Of a stretch of 64,000 bases of DNA, positions 38,701 to 51,182 are shown piece after piece. The notes beneath the pieces are model-generated. The model saw nothing but the letters and a program-made list of their open reading frames with translations, was not told the DNA's origin and made no database searches. Every line of letters starts with the position of its first letter. The first letter of the stretch is position 1. Source of the stretch: Mobula hypostoma (Eukaryota); the NCBI RefSeq assembly GCF_963921235.1, contig NC_086109.1, positions 10,976,001 to 11,040,000 of the forward strand. Reading direction: 5' to 3'. The translations under genes were made by a program, and so were the position numbers.

Positions 38701-38904
38701 AAGACAAAATACTCTGCAGATGCTAGGGTTAAAGCAACACTCACAACATGCTGGAGGAACTCAGTAGGTCAGGCAGCATCCGTGGAAACGATCAGTCGAC
38801 GTTTCGGGCTGGAACCCTTCGTCAGGACTGAAGAGGGAAGGGGCAGAGGCCCTATAAAGAAGGTGGGGGAAGGGTGGGAAGGAGAAGGCTGGTAGGTGGC
38901 AGGT
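38701..38904 (-). mobile_element. Penelope-like element terminal fragment
   Basis: 15-bp TSD gcagaattttatcta (38686-38700 and 38905-38919). Confidence 0.85.
38793..38830 (-). ncRNA. Minimal type I hammerhead ribozyme motif (PLE-associated)
   Basis: RNA CAGUC-CUGACGA-A-GGGU(UCCA)GCCC-GAAAC-GUC^GACUG: intact core, 5-bp stem I, 4-bp stem II, palindromic ACGU stem III. Confidence 0.75.
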
Positions 38905-41900
38905 GCAGAATTTTATCTACATGCTTAAACTTGTCACTAAATTTCTCCAACTTCAGTTCCCCATTCGAGGGTGCTCCTTGAAAGGTCCCTCATGAGGGTG
39001 TCTGTGCTGTATCTCATGAGGGCTCCACCGGGGTGTAAAACTAGAATGCACCAGTGGCTAATCAGAGCTCTGCCTGAGCCTGGGGACTCTCTTAACATTT
39101 TCACACCTGGCATTTCCATAGGTGTGAGATTTGTACCACTGCCTTGGTGAGAAGGAGAGTTGGTGTGCATCAGAATGCGGGTGGATTGCTTTCAGCGCTG
39201 ACGACCTGCGACAAACTTTTGACATTGGAAACCAAATACCAGGAGTCCACAAATGCCCCAGTATCACAATTGAGATTGTATGAGACGTTTGTGAGACCAC
39301 GCTGGGAGTAGTGCCGTTCCAGTTAATCAGCCACAGTAGGGGTTCCCAACCTTTTTTATGCAATGGACCCCTACCATTAACCAAGGGGTCCGTGGACCCC
39401 GGGTTGGGAAGCCCAAGGTACAGGAGGCGTCATTAAGCTGGTGAGAATGCAGGAAAGATTCAGGAGAATGTTGCTGGGACTGGATGACTGGAGATACAAG
39501 GAGAGATTGGATAGGCTGCTCTGTTTTGCCTGGAGCGTAGGAGGCTCTGGGGTGACCTCAAAGAGGTTTATAAACTCACAAGAGGAGAATAAGGTGAATG
39601 GTCGCAGATTCCCCCCCCCCCCCCAGGATAGGCTAGTCTAAAACTAGAGGGCATGGGTTTAAGGTGACAAGGAAAAGAGTTCAAGGGGACCTGATGGGCA
39701 AGCATTTCACACGAGGGTCGTGGATAGGTGGAGCTGCCAGATGAAGTAGTCGAGGTGGGTGAAATTGCTACATACTTATTACTTACTCAGAGGACAGCAC
39801 GGTCAGTGTAGCAGTTAGTACAATGCTTTGTAACCAGATGTAAGACTGGTTCGATTCCTGCTGCTGCCTGTATGTATGTTCTCCCCAAAGGCATCTGGGT
39901 TAAGGTTGAGTTGTGGACATACGATGTTGGCACCAGGAGTGTGGCAATACTCGTGGGCTGCCCAACACAAGTCTCGCTGACTTGATTCGATGCAAAGTGT
40001 GGCGTCTGACTGCATGTTTTGGCGTACACGTGACAAATAATGCTAACCTCACTTAGGGTGGGAAAGGTTTTGGAGGTATATGGACCAAGTTCAGACAAGG
40101 GGGACTAGCTCAGACAGCCATCTTGGTCGGCATGGAGAAGTTGGGCCGAAGGGCCTGTTTATACTCTGTGACTGTAGATGGGAGCGGCCCATTGTAATTG
40201 CACTGTCGCTGCAGCTCGATCCGAGCTCCTGGCCAGTGCAAGTGTCTCCTGCACAGATGTGACACAGAAAACATCGCTGTACACATTGGGGATTGACCTA
40301 ATTGCATTACTTGGTATGAATGGGTCCCTGCAGAACTGCTGAACTAGCTGGAGCGAGGAGTTCCCCCATTAACATCCCTGCATTTTATTTGTGGAAATTG
40401 CCAAGGTACGTGCTTTCTGCTTGACGATGCTGGAGGTCCCTCAGGTGGGACGCCCCTGTGCCGTGATGGTTAGCACGACACTACAGCTATTACAGTTCGG
40501 GGCATCGGAGTTCGGTGTTCAGTTCCACTACTGTCGGTAAGGAGTTTGTATGTTCTCCCTGTGACCGTGTGAGTTTCCGGTTTCCTCCCACAGTCCAAAG
40601 TTGTACCAGTTAGTAGGTTAATTGGTCATTGTAAACTCTCCTGTAATTGGGCTAAGGTTAAACAGATGGGCTGCTGGGTGGTGCAGACAGGCCTGTTCCA
40701 CGCTGTATTTCTAAATAAAATGAACAAAGTACAAATATCGCCCCTGCCGCAGCTCACCCACCCACTGGAATTTTTAACTATTTTATTTGGTGATGGAATG
40801 GGGCCTCCAGAATATGTAAAAATGCTGTACAACTATCCCATGAATCTCATTGCCCCTAGAGCTCTGCACAATTTTCCCCTGCAGTTACATAAACAATCCC
40901 TTTTCGAATGCTGCTCTCGAAGGTGCTGGTGTTATCTTCTCGACTGTGCATCACAGATCATCGATATTTGCTCCTTTTTTTTCCTATTCACCCTAATTTA
41001 TATCTGTTCCAACCCCTTTTGCAATGTGTTACGGTAAAGCCAGAACAATTAAGTTTACAACCAAGGGGAGTTAATTTCTCTCTGCCTTACCTACTGAGTT
41101 CAGATCAGTAGCTTGTTCTTTGACCATGCTGTCTGCTGGTTTTATTGGTGCTTTTCTTCAGAAGTGTGATGGCTTCTCATTAACTTACCTCAGCGAGGAG
41201 GTAGAGAACTCTGAAGACTCACTCAGCAGTTCAAAACCACCTTCTTCCCCTTTGCTATCAGATTTCTGAGCAGTCCTTTATTTTGTACTTTGTTGACCTT
41301 TGTAATTTACAGTAATTTAATGTTTGTGAAGAGGGTCTTTCTTGGATGTTGGGAGATCCTTGATGATAGATGGTGCCTTCTTGAGGGAGCATGTCCTGTA
41401 GATGCTGTCAGTGGTGAGAAGATGGACCAGGCACAGATATCATCCTTTCAGCATCTGCCCTGTTCATTCCTCTCAGGATCAATAAGACAAATCCCAACTC
41501 CATGACAATGTCACTGCTCCCCCTGGTCATTTACACTGGGAACACAGGGATGCCGGCATCAACGTAGGACGTTCATTTCATATAAGCATCATTTCTTCCG
41601 GCACATAGGAAGGACGGTAGAAACACAGTGATGCTGGCATACACACCCGATAAGAAGGGGAGCAGTTGAAGGCCATTGAGCCCTTCGAGTCTGCCTGCTG
41701 TCCATGATCATTGTAATTAGGTGATAAGTTTTCCAGTCACGGAACTAATGACTGACCGAGTCAGTCTGAGGACGGTGTGTTAACTAGAAGCAGAGTGTCA
41801 CTTGGAAATGGGTCATTAACAATCTGGCAACAAAATGACTTTTCTGGAAGTGTTAGTTGATCTGGATGTTTCATTGACTCCTTTGGAAGATGCCATCAAA

Positions 41901-43089
41901 CAGGATAAACCACCCAGCAACCAGGGCAGATTTTAAAGATTAGCTTTATTTGTTAACGTACAGTGAAATGCGTCATCCGTGTCAAATCAAATCAGCGAGG
42001 ATTGTGCGGGGAAGTGTCAACGTAGCAGGTCCGCGCCTCACCAACTCTTCGCTGTACAACCTGTGGCAGGAAGTCAGAGCACCCGGAGGAATCCCACACG
42101 GTTACAGGGAGGACGCACAAGCTGCTTACAGGCAGCGCGCAGCGGCAGAAATCGAACCTCGACCCTACGGCCAGCAGCGCGAGGCATCACGCTGGCCAAA
42201 CGCTACCGTACTGCCCAGGCGACTGTCGAACGGAAGGGACCTCTTTGCCGGTGCTCAGAGTCGGAAGCTGAATTTCCTTCCTGTCAAGTGGAACTTCAGT
42301 TCAGTAGGTATCTGCCGAGGCCACTTTCCTGATGAAGGGTCCCAGACCTTTACGGGGACGATTTACTCCCCTCTGTAGATGCTGTCTGACTTGCAGCATT
42401 TTGTGTGTGTCGCTCTAGTCAAATCCTGTTAAGGAACTAGGACAGATCGTACTTCAGTGAGCGCCCAGTTAAATCCACCCGAGGACTCCACAAAGAAGTA
42501 AAACTGTTGACGGTAACTTGGCATTTTTCTCTGTTTCTACGGAAACAATATACATACAGCACGGGCCACGACATCGGAATGGGAGCAAGTCTGGCAAGGA
42601 CATCTATGAGGCACTATCAGGAGAAGTACTCATGTTAAGTGCTGAGGCCCTGCCCTGTTCTCGCTAGTACCATCAGGCAGGAGCATGAGGTCCCACACCG
42701 CCAGGTTCAGAATCCGACTTAATATCACCAGCGTACTGTGAGATTTGTTGATTTTGCGGCAGCAGTACAACGCAATACGTAATAATAAATAGTGGAATTA
42801 CAGTAACTGGGTGTGTAATTAATTAAATAAGTAGTGCGAAAATAGTAGTGGGGTAGTGTTTGTGGGTTCAATGCCTTGGGTGATGCAGATCCTGAATGAT
42901 GGACACTGCCTTTGTGAGGCATCGCTCCTTGAAGATGTCCCAGATGCTGGGGAGGCCGCTGCCCAGGAACAGAACAGTTAATTATCGGTTTTAATATCAT
43001 TGTTGTAAAATGTGTTGTTTTGTGGCAGCAGTACACAATGCAAGACAAAAATGACTACAGGTTGCATTAAGTAAGTAGATCGATGGTCA

Positions 43090-43520
43090 ATGCGAAACAG
43101 GACTAGTGAGGTCATGTTCGTGGACCGTGTAGAAATCTGACTGCAGAGGCGAAGAAGCTGTTCCTAAAACACTTGAGTGTGGGTCTTCAGGCTGTTGTAC
43201 CTCCTCCCCTATGATAGTAATGAGAAGGGAGCATGACCCAGATGGTACGGGGCCTTCATGATGGATGAAGCCTTCCTGAGGCGCTGACTTTTAAAGATAT
43301 GGTGGGAAGGCGCGTGTCTATGTTAAGTCTACAACCCTGCTCTCCCTCTTTCGATCCTGCACAATGGAGCCGCCATACCAGAAGGTGAAGTGACCAGTCA
43401 AAATGCTTTCCGCAGTACATCTGCGTGGGAAAAAAAGAGATTGGGAGTGTCTTTGGTGACGTGTCAAATCTCCTCAGACTCCTAATGAAGAAGAGCCACT
43501 GGTTTGCTGCCTTCGTGATT
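43090..43520 (-). mobile_element. Rex1/Babar 3' fragment
   Basis: Same family as 23168-23690 and 53305-53690. Confidence 0.7.
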
Positions 43521-45514
43521 ACATCAATCTGTTGGCTTTTACGGGAGGGACCTGTGCAGCAGGCCCAGGAGAAATATGTGTGTTATGTGTCTCAGGAGGA
43601 ACTTGTGTTCAGAGTGACTCAGCAGAAAGATGTGCTCCACACTCAGAAGGAACTTGGGTATATAGCATACGCTCAGGAGAAGTGTGTGTGTGTGTTGTGC
43701 TCTCAGGAGGAACTTGAAGTTAATATGCTTGGGAAATCTGAGGAGGCAGAAGGAAGGCTGATTCATTTATTCTAAGTATCTATTAAATTGATTCATTCAC
43801 TGATGCAGCACAGTAGCAGGTCTTTCCAGCCCAGTGAGCCTGCACCCACCCGGTTACACCCATGTGACCATTTAACTTGCTAGCCCATACATCTTTGGAA
43901 TGTGGGTAGAAACCAGAAACCTGGAGGAAATGCAGGCACGGGGAGACTGTACAAACCCTTTGCAGACAGTGGCAGGAATTGAACCCGGGATCACTGGTGC
44001 TGTAGTAGTGTAACGCTGGTCACTACACTACCGTGCCACCTCTAAATTCATAAAATCTTGAGAGGCGTGGGCGAGGGATCCTTTTCTCGAGGTAGGAATG
44101 TCAAAGGCTAGAGAACAGCATTTGAGGTGGTTGGGTGGGGGGAGTTTCAAGGAGAAGTGTGGGGCCGCTCTGTTTTACACAGAGACTGGTGGGGGCTTGT
44201 CGTCGTTACTTGTGAGGCAAATACGAGTCGTGTTTAAGGGGCTTTTGGACAGGCACGTGAATGTAGGCACAGAGAGGGAAATGGATCACGTGCAGTCAGA
44301 AGAGACTTTGTTTATCTTGGCGTGGTGTTTGGCACAAATGTTGTCGGCCAAGTGGTCTGTTGCTGTGATGTACGTCCACACCTGCATTGGCCTCCATCAG
44401 AGCGGAGATACAGGGGCCTAAAGGCACGCGGTCATTTTAGCAGCAGCTTCTTCCGCCCCATCAGGTTTCTGAACAAACCCATAAACACTCCCTCACTATT
44501 CTTGCTCTCTTTTTGAACCACTTAATATAATTTTTAAATATATATTTCTTATGTTACTCTTCCTCTCGTGTTCTCAATATTTATTGCCTATTTGTTTATT
44601 ATAATTTTCTTTTTGTATTTGCACATTGTTTGTACGCCCAGTTGTGCATTGGCTTTATTGAATGTGCCTGCAAGAAAATAAACCTCAGGGTCACATATGG
44701 TGACATGTGATACTTCGACAATAAATTTACTTTGAACTTTGCTTCCTCAAAACAACAAATTTCACGACGTACGTCAATGATAATGAACCTGATTCTGGTA
44801 ACAAATCTAGAGCCTTACCAAAATGGCTAATGTTTGAGATGTTAATGTTTGAGCCAAGTGCAGAAATGTGTGTGCACCTGTCATCAGCCTAATGGGATGC
44901 CCACTGTACATGGATAATTGGTGTAACCTAAATTCCTGTGCATAAGGAATGACTCACTGTCCATCAATAACAGACGCAAAATCATTAGTCCGTACATCCG
45001 CTCCAAATTTACTTCCTGCTTTCAAAGAGTTAAATGTTCATAAAGGGGAGAGGAATGTTTTTGTTTAATTAAAGTGTCATACAGAGTCAAACACACATTT
45101 ACACTAATCCCACTCTAATCCCATGTTATTCTCCCTATGTTCCCTTCAACTACCCTACGTACTCTTGTTTGGATGAAGGGTCTAGAACTGGCAGGTTGGC
45201 TGTCCATTTCGACCCACTGATCAACACACGTAAAATGCTGGAGGAAGTCAGCAGGTCAGGTAGCACCTATGGAAAAGAATAAACAGTCGAGGTTTTGGGC
45301 CGGGGCTGTCCACAGATGCCGCTCGACCCGTTGAGTTCCTCCAGCATTCCGTGTGTGGCTCTGGATTCAAGCATCTGCAGTCCCTTGTGTCTCCAGACTC
45401 GGAGACTCACCTACACACGAGGGGCACTTTACTTACTTATCATGTACCTTCACTCCATCCGCCTCAAAAGACGAAATGCCCCACTGTCCACGTATTTCAT
45501 TTCGACTTCTAGTT

Positions 45515-45770
45515 CCCATTCTGAAAGTTTGGCTCATGGCCTCCTGCAGTGCTGCATTGAGGCCACACTCAGGTTGGAGAGCATCGCCTCAGTGTAGCCT
45601 CCAACCCGATGGCATGAACAGTGATTTCTCTAACTTCCGGCAGTTTCTCGCTCCCCTCCTCCTCTCTTTTTCCATTCCCCTGTCATACCTTCTCTTCTCA
45701 CCTGGCCCATCACCTCATTCTTCCTTTTCTCCCATGAGCCACTCTCCTCTCCTATCAGATTGCTGCTTCT
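45515..45770 (+). mobile_element. Penelope-like GIY-YIG C-terminal fragment
   Basis: HGLLQCCIEATLRLE...SLQPDGMNSDFSNFR followed by pyrimidine tract. Confidence 0.75.
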
Positions 45771-45894
45771 TCACAGGGAGAACGTGCGGGCAGCAGCCGT
45801 GGTCGGAATAGAACCCAGGGCTCTTGGTGCTGTGGGGAAGCGGCTGTTCCAGCTGAGTCACTGTACTACCCCGTCTTAAACATTAGAAGGGAAC

Positions 45895-46110
45895 GTCGAC
45901 TCAGACCATGAGAGGCCTGCGTCGGGCATTTTCATGCCTTACAAGGCGCAGATTGGAAGTCTGTGTGGGGCACCACTCCTCGCACAGACTAGAGCAATGT
46001 GTGGTTAAGTGCCTTGCTCAAGGGCACAAACACGCCGCCACAGCTGAGGCTCGAACTAGTGACCTTGAGATAACTGGACGAACGCCTTAACCACTTGGCC
46101 ATGTGCCCAA
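45895..46110 (-). mobile_element. tRNA-headed CORE-like SINE
   Basis: Head and core match 24946-25068; the 3' part differs. Confidence 0.75.
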
Positions 46111-46279
46111 CACTAATATTAGAAAGTGTAATCAAACTGCACTGAAGTAGCATTTTGTTAAGGAGAAAGGGGCCTTGGTGCATCTGGAAACATTGAGAGG
46201 AAATTCCTGGCCCAAGGGTGTGAGTGTAACACTCTTGCTCTGCTAGAGACCTGGGTTCAGTTCCTGCTGCTGTTTGTAA

Positions 46280-46782
46280 AGGCTGATTTATACTTCTGCG
46301 TCAAATCGACGCGGTAGGTACGGTGTAGCCGCGAACCCTACACAGAGCCTATGCAGATCCCTATGCCGTAGCCTGACCGCGCACCTCTCCCAAAACGTAA
46401 CTACGCGTCGCGGCAACGTGGACCGCAACAACTATGATTGGTCCGCTTGGTAGCATCGCATTTCCTCCTATAGCTTCCCATTGGGCGACTGAAGGGCAGG
46501 GAAGGAACTCTGGCTGCAATGCTTTCCATAAAGCTTTGCAGACTTCCGAAATTATGGAGGGGACACTTCGCTTTTCCGAAAAAAGACGCTCGCTTTAAAC
46601 ATCCCCGAGAAAGACTACCGTGACCATGAAGCCTTGCATGGGCAGGTGTGTGCGCATGCGTGATGTGCGCGAACTGCAGAGCGAAGCAGACACACCAACG
46701 CACAAGTATAAATGCTCACAACCCGCATAGGTCGCTTGCGTGGGTTACGGCGTCGATTTGACACAGAAGTATAAGTCAGCCT
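46280..46782. mobile_element. PIF/Harbinger-type MITE inserted in a V-SINE
   Basis: About 33-bp TIRs AGGCTGATTTATACTTCTGCGTCAAATCGACGC; 3-bp TSD TAA on both sides. Confidence 0.88.
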
Positions 46783-48488
46783 TAAGTCATCCCGTGATCG
46801 CATAGGTTTCCTCCAGGTGCTCTGGTTTCCTCCCACATTGCAAAGGTGTACAGGTTGGCGGGTTAATGGATAACATGGGTGTAATTAGGTGGTGTGGCCT
46901 TCTGGGCCAGAAGGGTTTATTACCTTGCTGTATCTCTCAATAGTAAAAAATAAATAAAGACTTGCGTCATACCCGTCACTGCTAGAGAGGTTGAGTGGAA
47001 GCACGAAGCATCATTTTGATCTGTTCCTCCTCAGACGTTGCATATATTTTCAACAATAAAGCCACTTCAGAACAGGAATGCCTTTGAAGAGAACATTTTC
47101 TGTCAGGGCAGCACAGTAGATTAGTGGTTACTTTACAGCACAGGCAACCTGGGTACAATCCCCCCCCCCCCCCGCTGCCTGTAAGGAGTTTGTACGTTCT
47201 CCCTGTGATCGTGTGGGTTTTCTCTGAATGCTCCAGTTTCCTCCCACGGTCCAAAGGCCTACCAGCTGGTAGACTAATTGGTCATTGTAAACTGTCATTG
47301 TACATTATAAATTGTCTGGTGATTAGGCTAGATGGAATGGAACAGCAAATTTGAAGGACAGAATGGCCTAATTCTGCTCCTTTGTCTTATGGTCTGATAT
47401 TTATTTATTTATTTATTGACTGATTGATTGATTGAGATACAGTGCAGAACAGCCTTTTCCAGCCCCTTGAGCCACACTACCCAGCAATCCCCTGATCTAA
47501 CCCTGCTGATTGATTTCCCCTCTCAACCCCATTCTCCTGGCTTCTGTCTGTTCCCCTTGACTAATCATGAACCCATCAACCTTCAGTTTAAATCTCCCCA
47601 ATGTCTTAGCCTCCACAGCCGTCTGTAGCAATGAATTCCACAGTATGACCATCCTTTAGCTGAAGAAATTCCTCCTCATCTCTGTTGTAAAGGAATGTCC
47701 GTCCTATTCTGAGGCTGTGCCCTCTGGTCCTAGACTCTCCCACTACTGGAAGCAACCTCTCCATGTCCACTATATCTACATCTTTAACTATATCCTGAAA
47801 TAGTCACCCTTGCCCTCGCATATGAATTGACTGCTTCAGGCAAATTCTATGGGCGGGAGAGGACGGCATTTAGTCGCCCAACCCATTTCCACATACCGAG
47901 ACTCCGGAACTGATGATAGCCCTACCTGTTGCACTCAGGCAGCAGAGCAGAAAATAATTTGCACCAGAGTTTCTGGGTGTATGGACTGCAGGGAAGATCT
48001 CTGCCGTGATTGCTTGAGGGACTCACCTGTGTGTACAACATAACCAGGTAATCCAGCCTTCCCGTTTATTGACGTCCTGAAGGCTCGATCACGCACGCGG
48101 GCTGCTGCTCGACTGCCGACCCTTGGGTGACCTGCTGAGAAAGTCGGGTTGCCTGACACCCAAGTGGTTGAATTGAGTGCCCGTCCTTTTTGAAAATGTG
48201 AAGTGCGATCTCGGGAGGCACGATCAGAGTATAATGGTGCTGTGGTCAGAGCTGACACTCAGCTTCAGCAAGCTGGACTGGCTGCTGAGTCCGGGTGCTG
48301 CCTGTGTAGAGTTTGCATGCTCTCTCTATGAAGTGGGGTGTTCTCTTCCCCCCCCCCCCACCGCAACACAACCCCAGAACATACGAGTTGGCCACTGAAC
48401 TGGGCCGAGTGTGTAGGTGAAAGGTTAAATCTGAGGGTGATGGACAGGAATGTGGGAGAATAACCAGGCAAACATGATGAGTGTAGAT

Positions 48489-49245
48489 CAGCGGTCCCCA
48501 ACCACCGGGCTGCGAGGAAACGATATGAGTCAGCTGCACCTTTCCTCATTCCCTGTCACGCACTGTTGAACTTGAACATAGAGTTGCCAACTGTCCCGTA
48601 TTTGCCAGGACATCCCGTATATTGGGCTAATTGGTTTGTCCTATACGGGACCGCCCTTGTCCCATATTTCCCCTGCTAAGGTAGAGCGTTCCTCTGAAAC
48701 TGTTTGTGCCGAACTGGCGTGAAGCGAAGAAGCAATTACTATTAATTTATATGGGAAAAATTTCTGAGCTTTCCCAGACCCAAAAAAAACCTAACAAATC
48801 ATACCAAATTACACATAAAACCGAAAATAAGTAACACTAACATATAGTAAAAGCAGGAATGATATGATAAATACATGGCCTATATAAAGTAGAAATAATG
48901 TATGTGCAGTATAGCCAGGAAGATGAAGACAAAACCGATTTGTGGGGGAAAAGATTGGCACGTACGCACGTGCGCGCGTCACGCATGCGCACACAGGTGC
49001 CTACACAAGGCTTCATGGTCATGGTAGTTTTTCCTGGGGTAAAGTGTCTCGGGATTTGACTGCTACTTTTGTCCCTTATTTGGGAGTGAGAAAGTTGGCA
49101 ACCCTAACTGTAAAAGACATGTTGAAGTGAGTTTAACCCGACTTGAACAACCCTCGCGCGCCCCCCCCCCCCCCATTGGGCTGGTCTGCAAGAATACTGT
49201 CAATATTAAACCGGTCCGCAGTGCAAAAAAGGTTGGGGACCCCTG
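48489..49245. mobile_element. Non-autonomous hAT element with nested insert
   Basis: CAGCGGTCCCCAACC...GGTTGGGGACCCCTG termini; perfect 8-bp TSD gtgtagat; inner segment 48579-49141 flanked by cttgaaca and carrying TAG(A/G)GTTGCCAACT inverted ends. Confidence 0.9.
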
Positions 49246-50784
49246 GTGTAGATGGTCATAATGGACGTGGTGGGGAGAAGGACCTGTTTTTGTGCTGTAC
49301 AGCTCTGGGATTAGTTCGTGTCGTGGAAATCAGAAAGACAGATGCTAGAAATCTGAAATAAAAACAGGAGCTGCTGGAAACCCTTAGGTTGTAACAGTGG
49401 TGGCTGCCATGCTGGGTTTGAACTGGGGTTGTTAAGGTGAAGTTTCATATCTTTGAGCAGTCAACTACCAGGAGAGACTTGGACCAGGTGGGCCCCAAGT
49501 GCAGGAGAGACCAGAGGCAAGGATGGCATTGAACAAAGCATCTCTACTTCTGGATTGTTTAGTAGAGACCACAGGCTAGTACTCAAGAATCACTACACAC
49601 AGAAACTTAAATGGACAAACAAAACAAAGCTCAGCTGCACTGATAACTAAACTAAATCGCGAATGAAAATAACAAATAATCACGGGAAGAGGGGCGTCAG
49701 AGCCTGGAGAGCTCTGACGCCCCCAGGTGGTCAGACTGAGGTATGACATAGGCTGTCCTGATGAAGGGTAACTATTTCTCTTTCCACAGATGCTGTCTGA
49801 CCTGCTGAGTGTTTCTGCCATATTTTGTATTTACCTTAGTGTGTTTTAAACGGGTGCTTGATACTCAGCAGGGACTTAGTGGGTTGAAGGGTCTGTTCCT
49901 GAACTGGATGACTTTATGATTCCCACTCTGTCTTGCCCAGGGACCAAGATTCACTTTCTTTCCCACCTCCTTCCATCTAGGACAATTACACTTTAATACC
50001 AATGACATTAAGGCACAGTTTAGACCTAAAATTAAAGCGTTAAATGTAAGAAATACTCATTAAGTGGCCACCTTCTGTAAGAGAGGGAAATATCAGTGGT
50101 TGGTTATTGGAACTGCTAATACGTAGACATGGTGATGATCAAAGGAGACACAGGTGGTGGAGTCTAAAGTGAGAAAAAACTGCTGGAGGATCACGGCAGG
50201 TCGAGCAGCATCTGTTGAGGCAAAAGGCCAGTCAGTGTTTCAGTTCAAGAACCTGCAACAGAATTGAGATGTAGAGGGAAGATGGCCAGTATGTCATTAT
50301 GAGGGGGAATGGTGAGATAGAGGCAGGTAGGCATCAGGTACAGCCAAGTCATGGGGGAGATGATGGAAGGCAGGAAAGGACAGGGGTAGAAACGGCGACT
50401 GGTTGGTAGAAGCAGATAAGGGAGGAGTGTTGGGCAGGTGGAGCCAGGGAGGGGCTGCAGAGGCGATAGGGAAGGTGCACAAAAGGAGAAGAACCCCAGG
50501 TGGATTGGTGTGTGGTTGATGGTCCAGTTGAACCAGGTAAGGGAGGGCTACAAGTCTCGGTAAAATTCCATCCCTCCCCCACCCCTCAGTCGTTACCCAT
50601 CGCCCCCATCTCACTCTCCCTCTCACTTCCACAGACTCGCAAAACACACACTCAACACTTCAGGAACAGCTTCTTCCTGTCTGTCATCAGATTTCTGAAT
50701 TGCACTGGGAATCATTATTCTGCTCTCTTTTTGTACTACTTAGAGTATTATGGTAACATAATCATTTTTATACCTATTGCACCG

Positions 50785-51182
50785 TAGTAGTAGTAGTGCA
50801 ATCACTCAAGCCAAGTGTGATGTTCTCCTAAGGGGTTGTTAGTGGATTTCCATGATGGAGGACGCCTGTGTGTGTGACTGTTTGACGTGGGGAGGCTGAC
50901 ACACAGGCAGCCACCACACAGTCCTCGTCAGACTGGGGCCAGAGTCCAGTGGTAAGGAATTGCAAGATGATTGGGGTCTCTGGACTGCTGCAGTCTTCCT
51001 CCGCTTTCACTGCTGTTGTGATGTGTCATCACCTTCTGCCGGCTCCACTGTTGGAGGCCTTGGCTGGATGGCTGCTTGTCTGGAATCTTCCTCTTGGCCT
51101 TACCGCCGTGCGCGACCTACTCGGAGCTGAGGGTCAGGTGGCTCTCGATCTCTCCACCCCCCACAAGGTGACGGTCCTCGGA
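50785..51182 (-). mobile_element. RTE 5'-UTR-derived non-autonomous element
   Basis: Reverse strand begins caccttgtggggggtggag (RTE-type 5' end) and ends in a (CTA)n tail. Confidence 0.55.

Noticed and set aside
51080..51182. Possible HDV-like ribozyme at the RTE-derived 5' end
   Set aside because: Too degenerate to build the nested double pseudoknot by eye.
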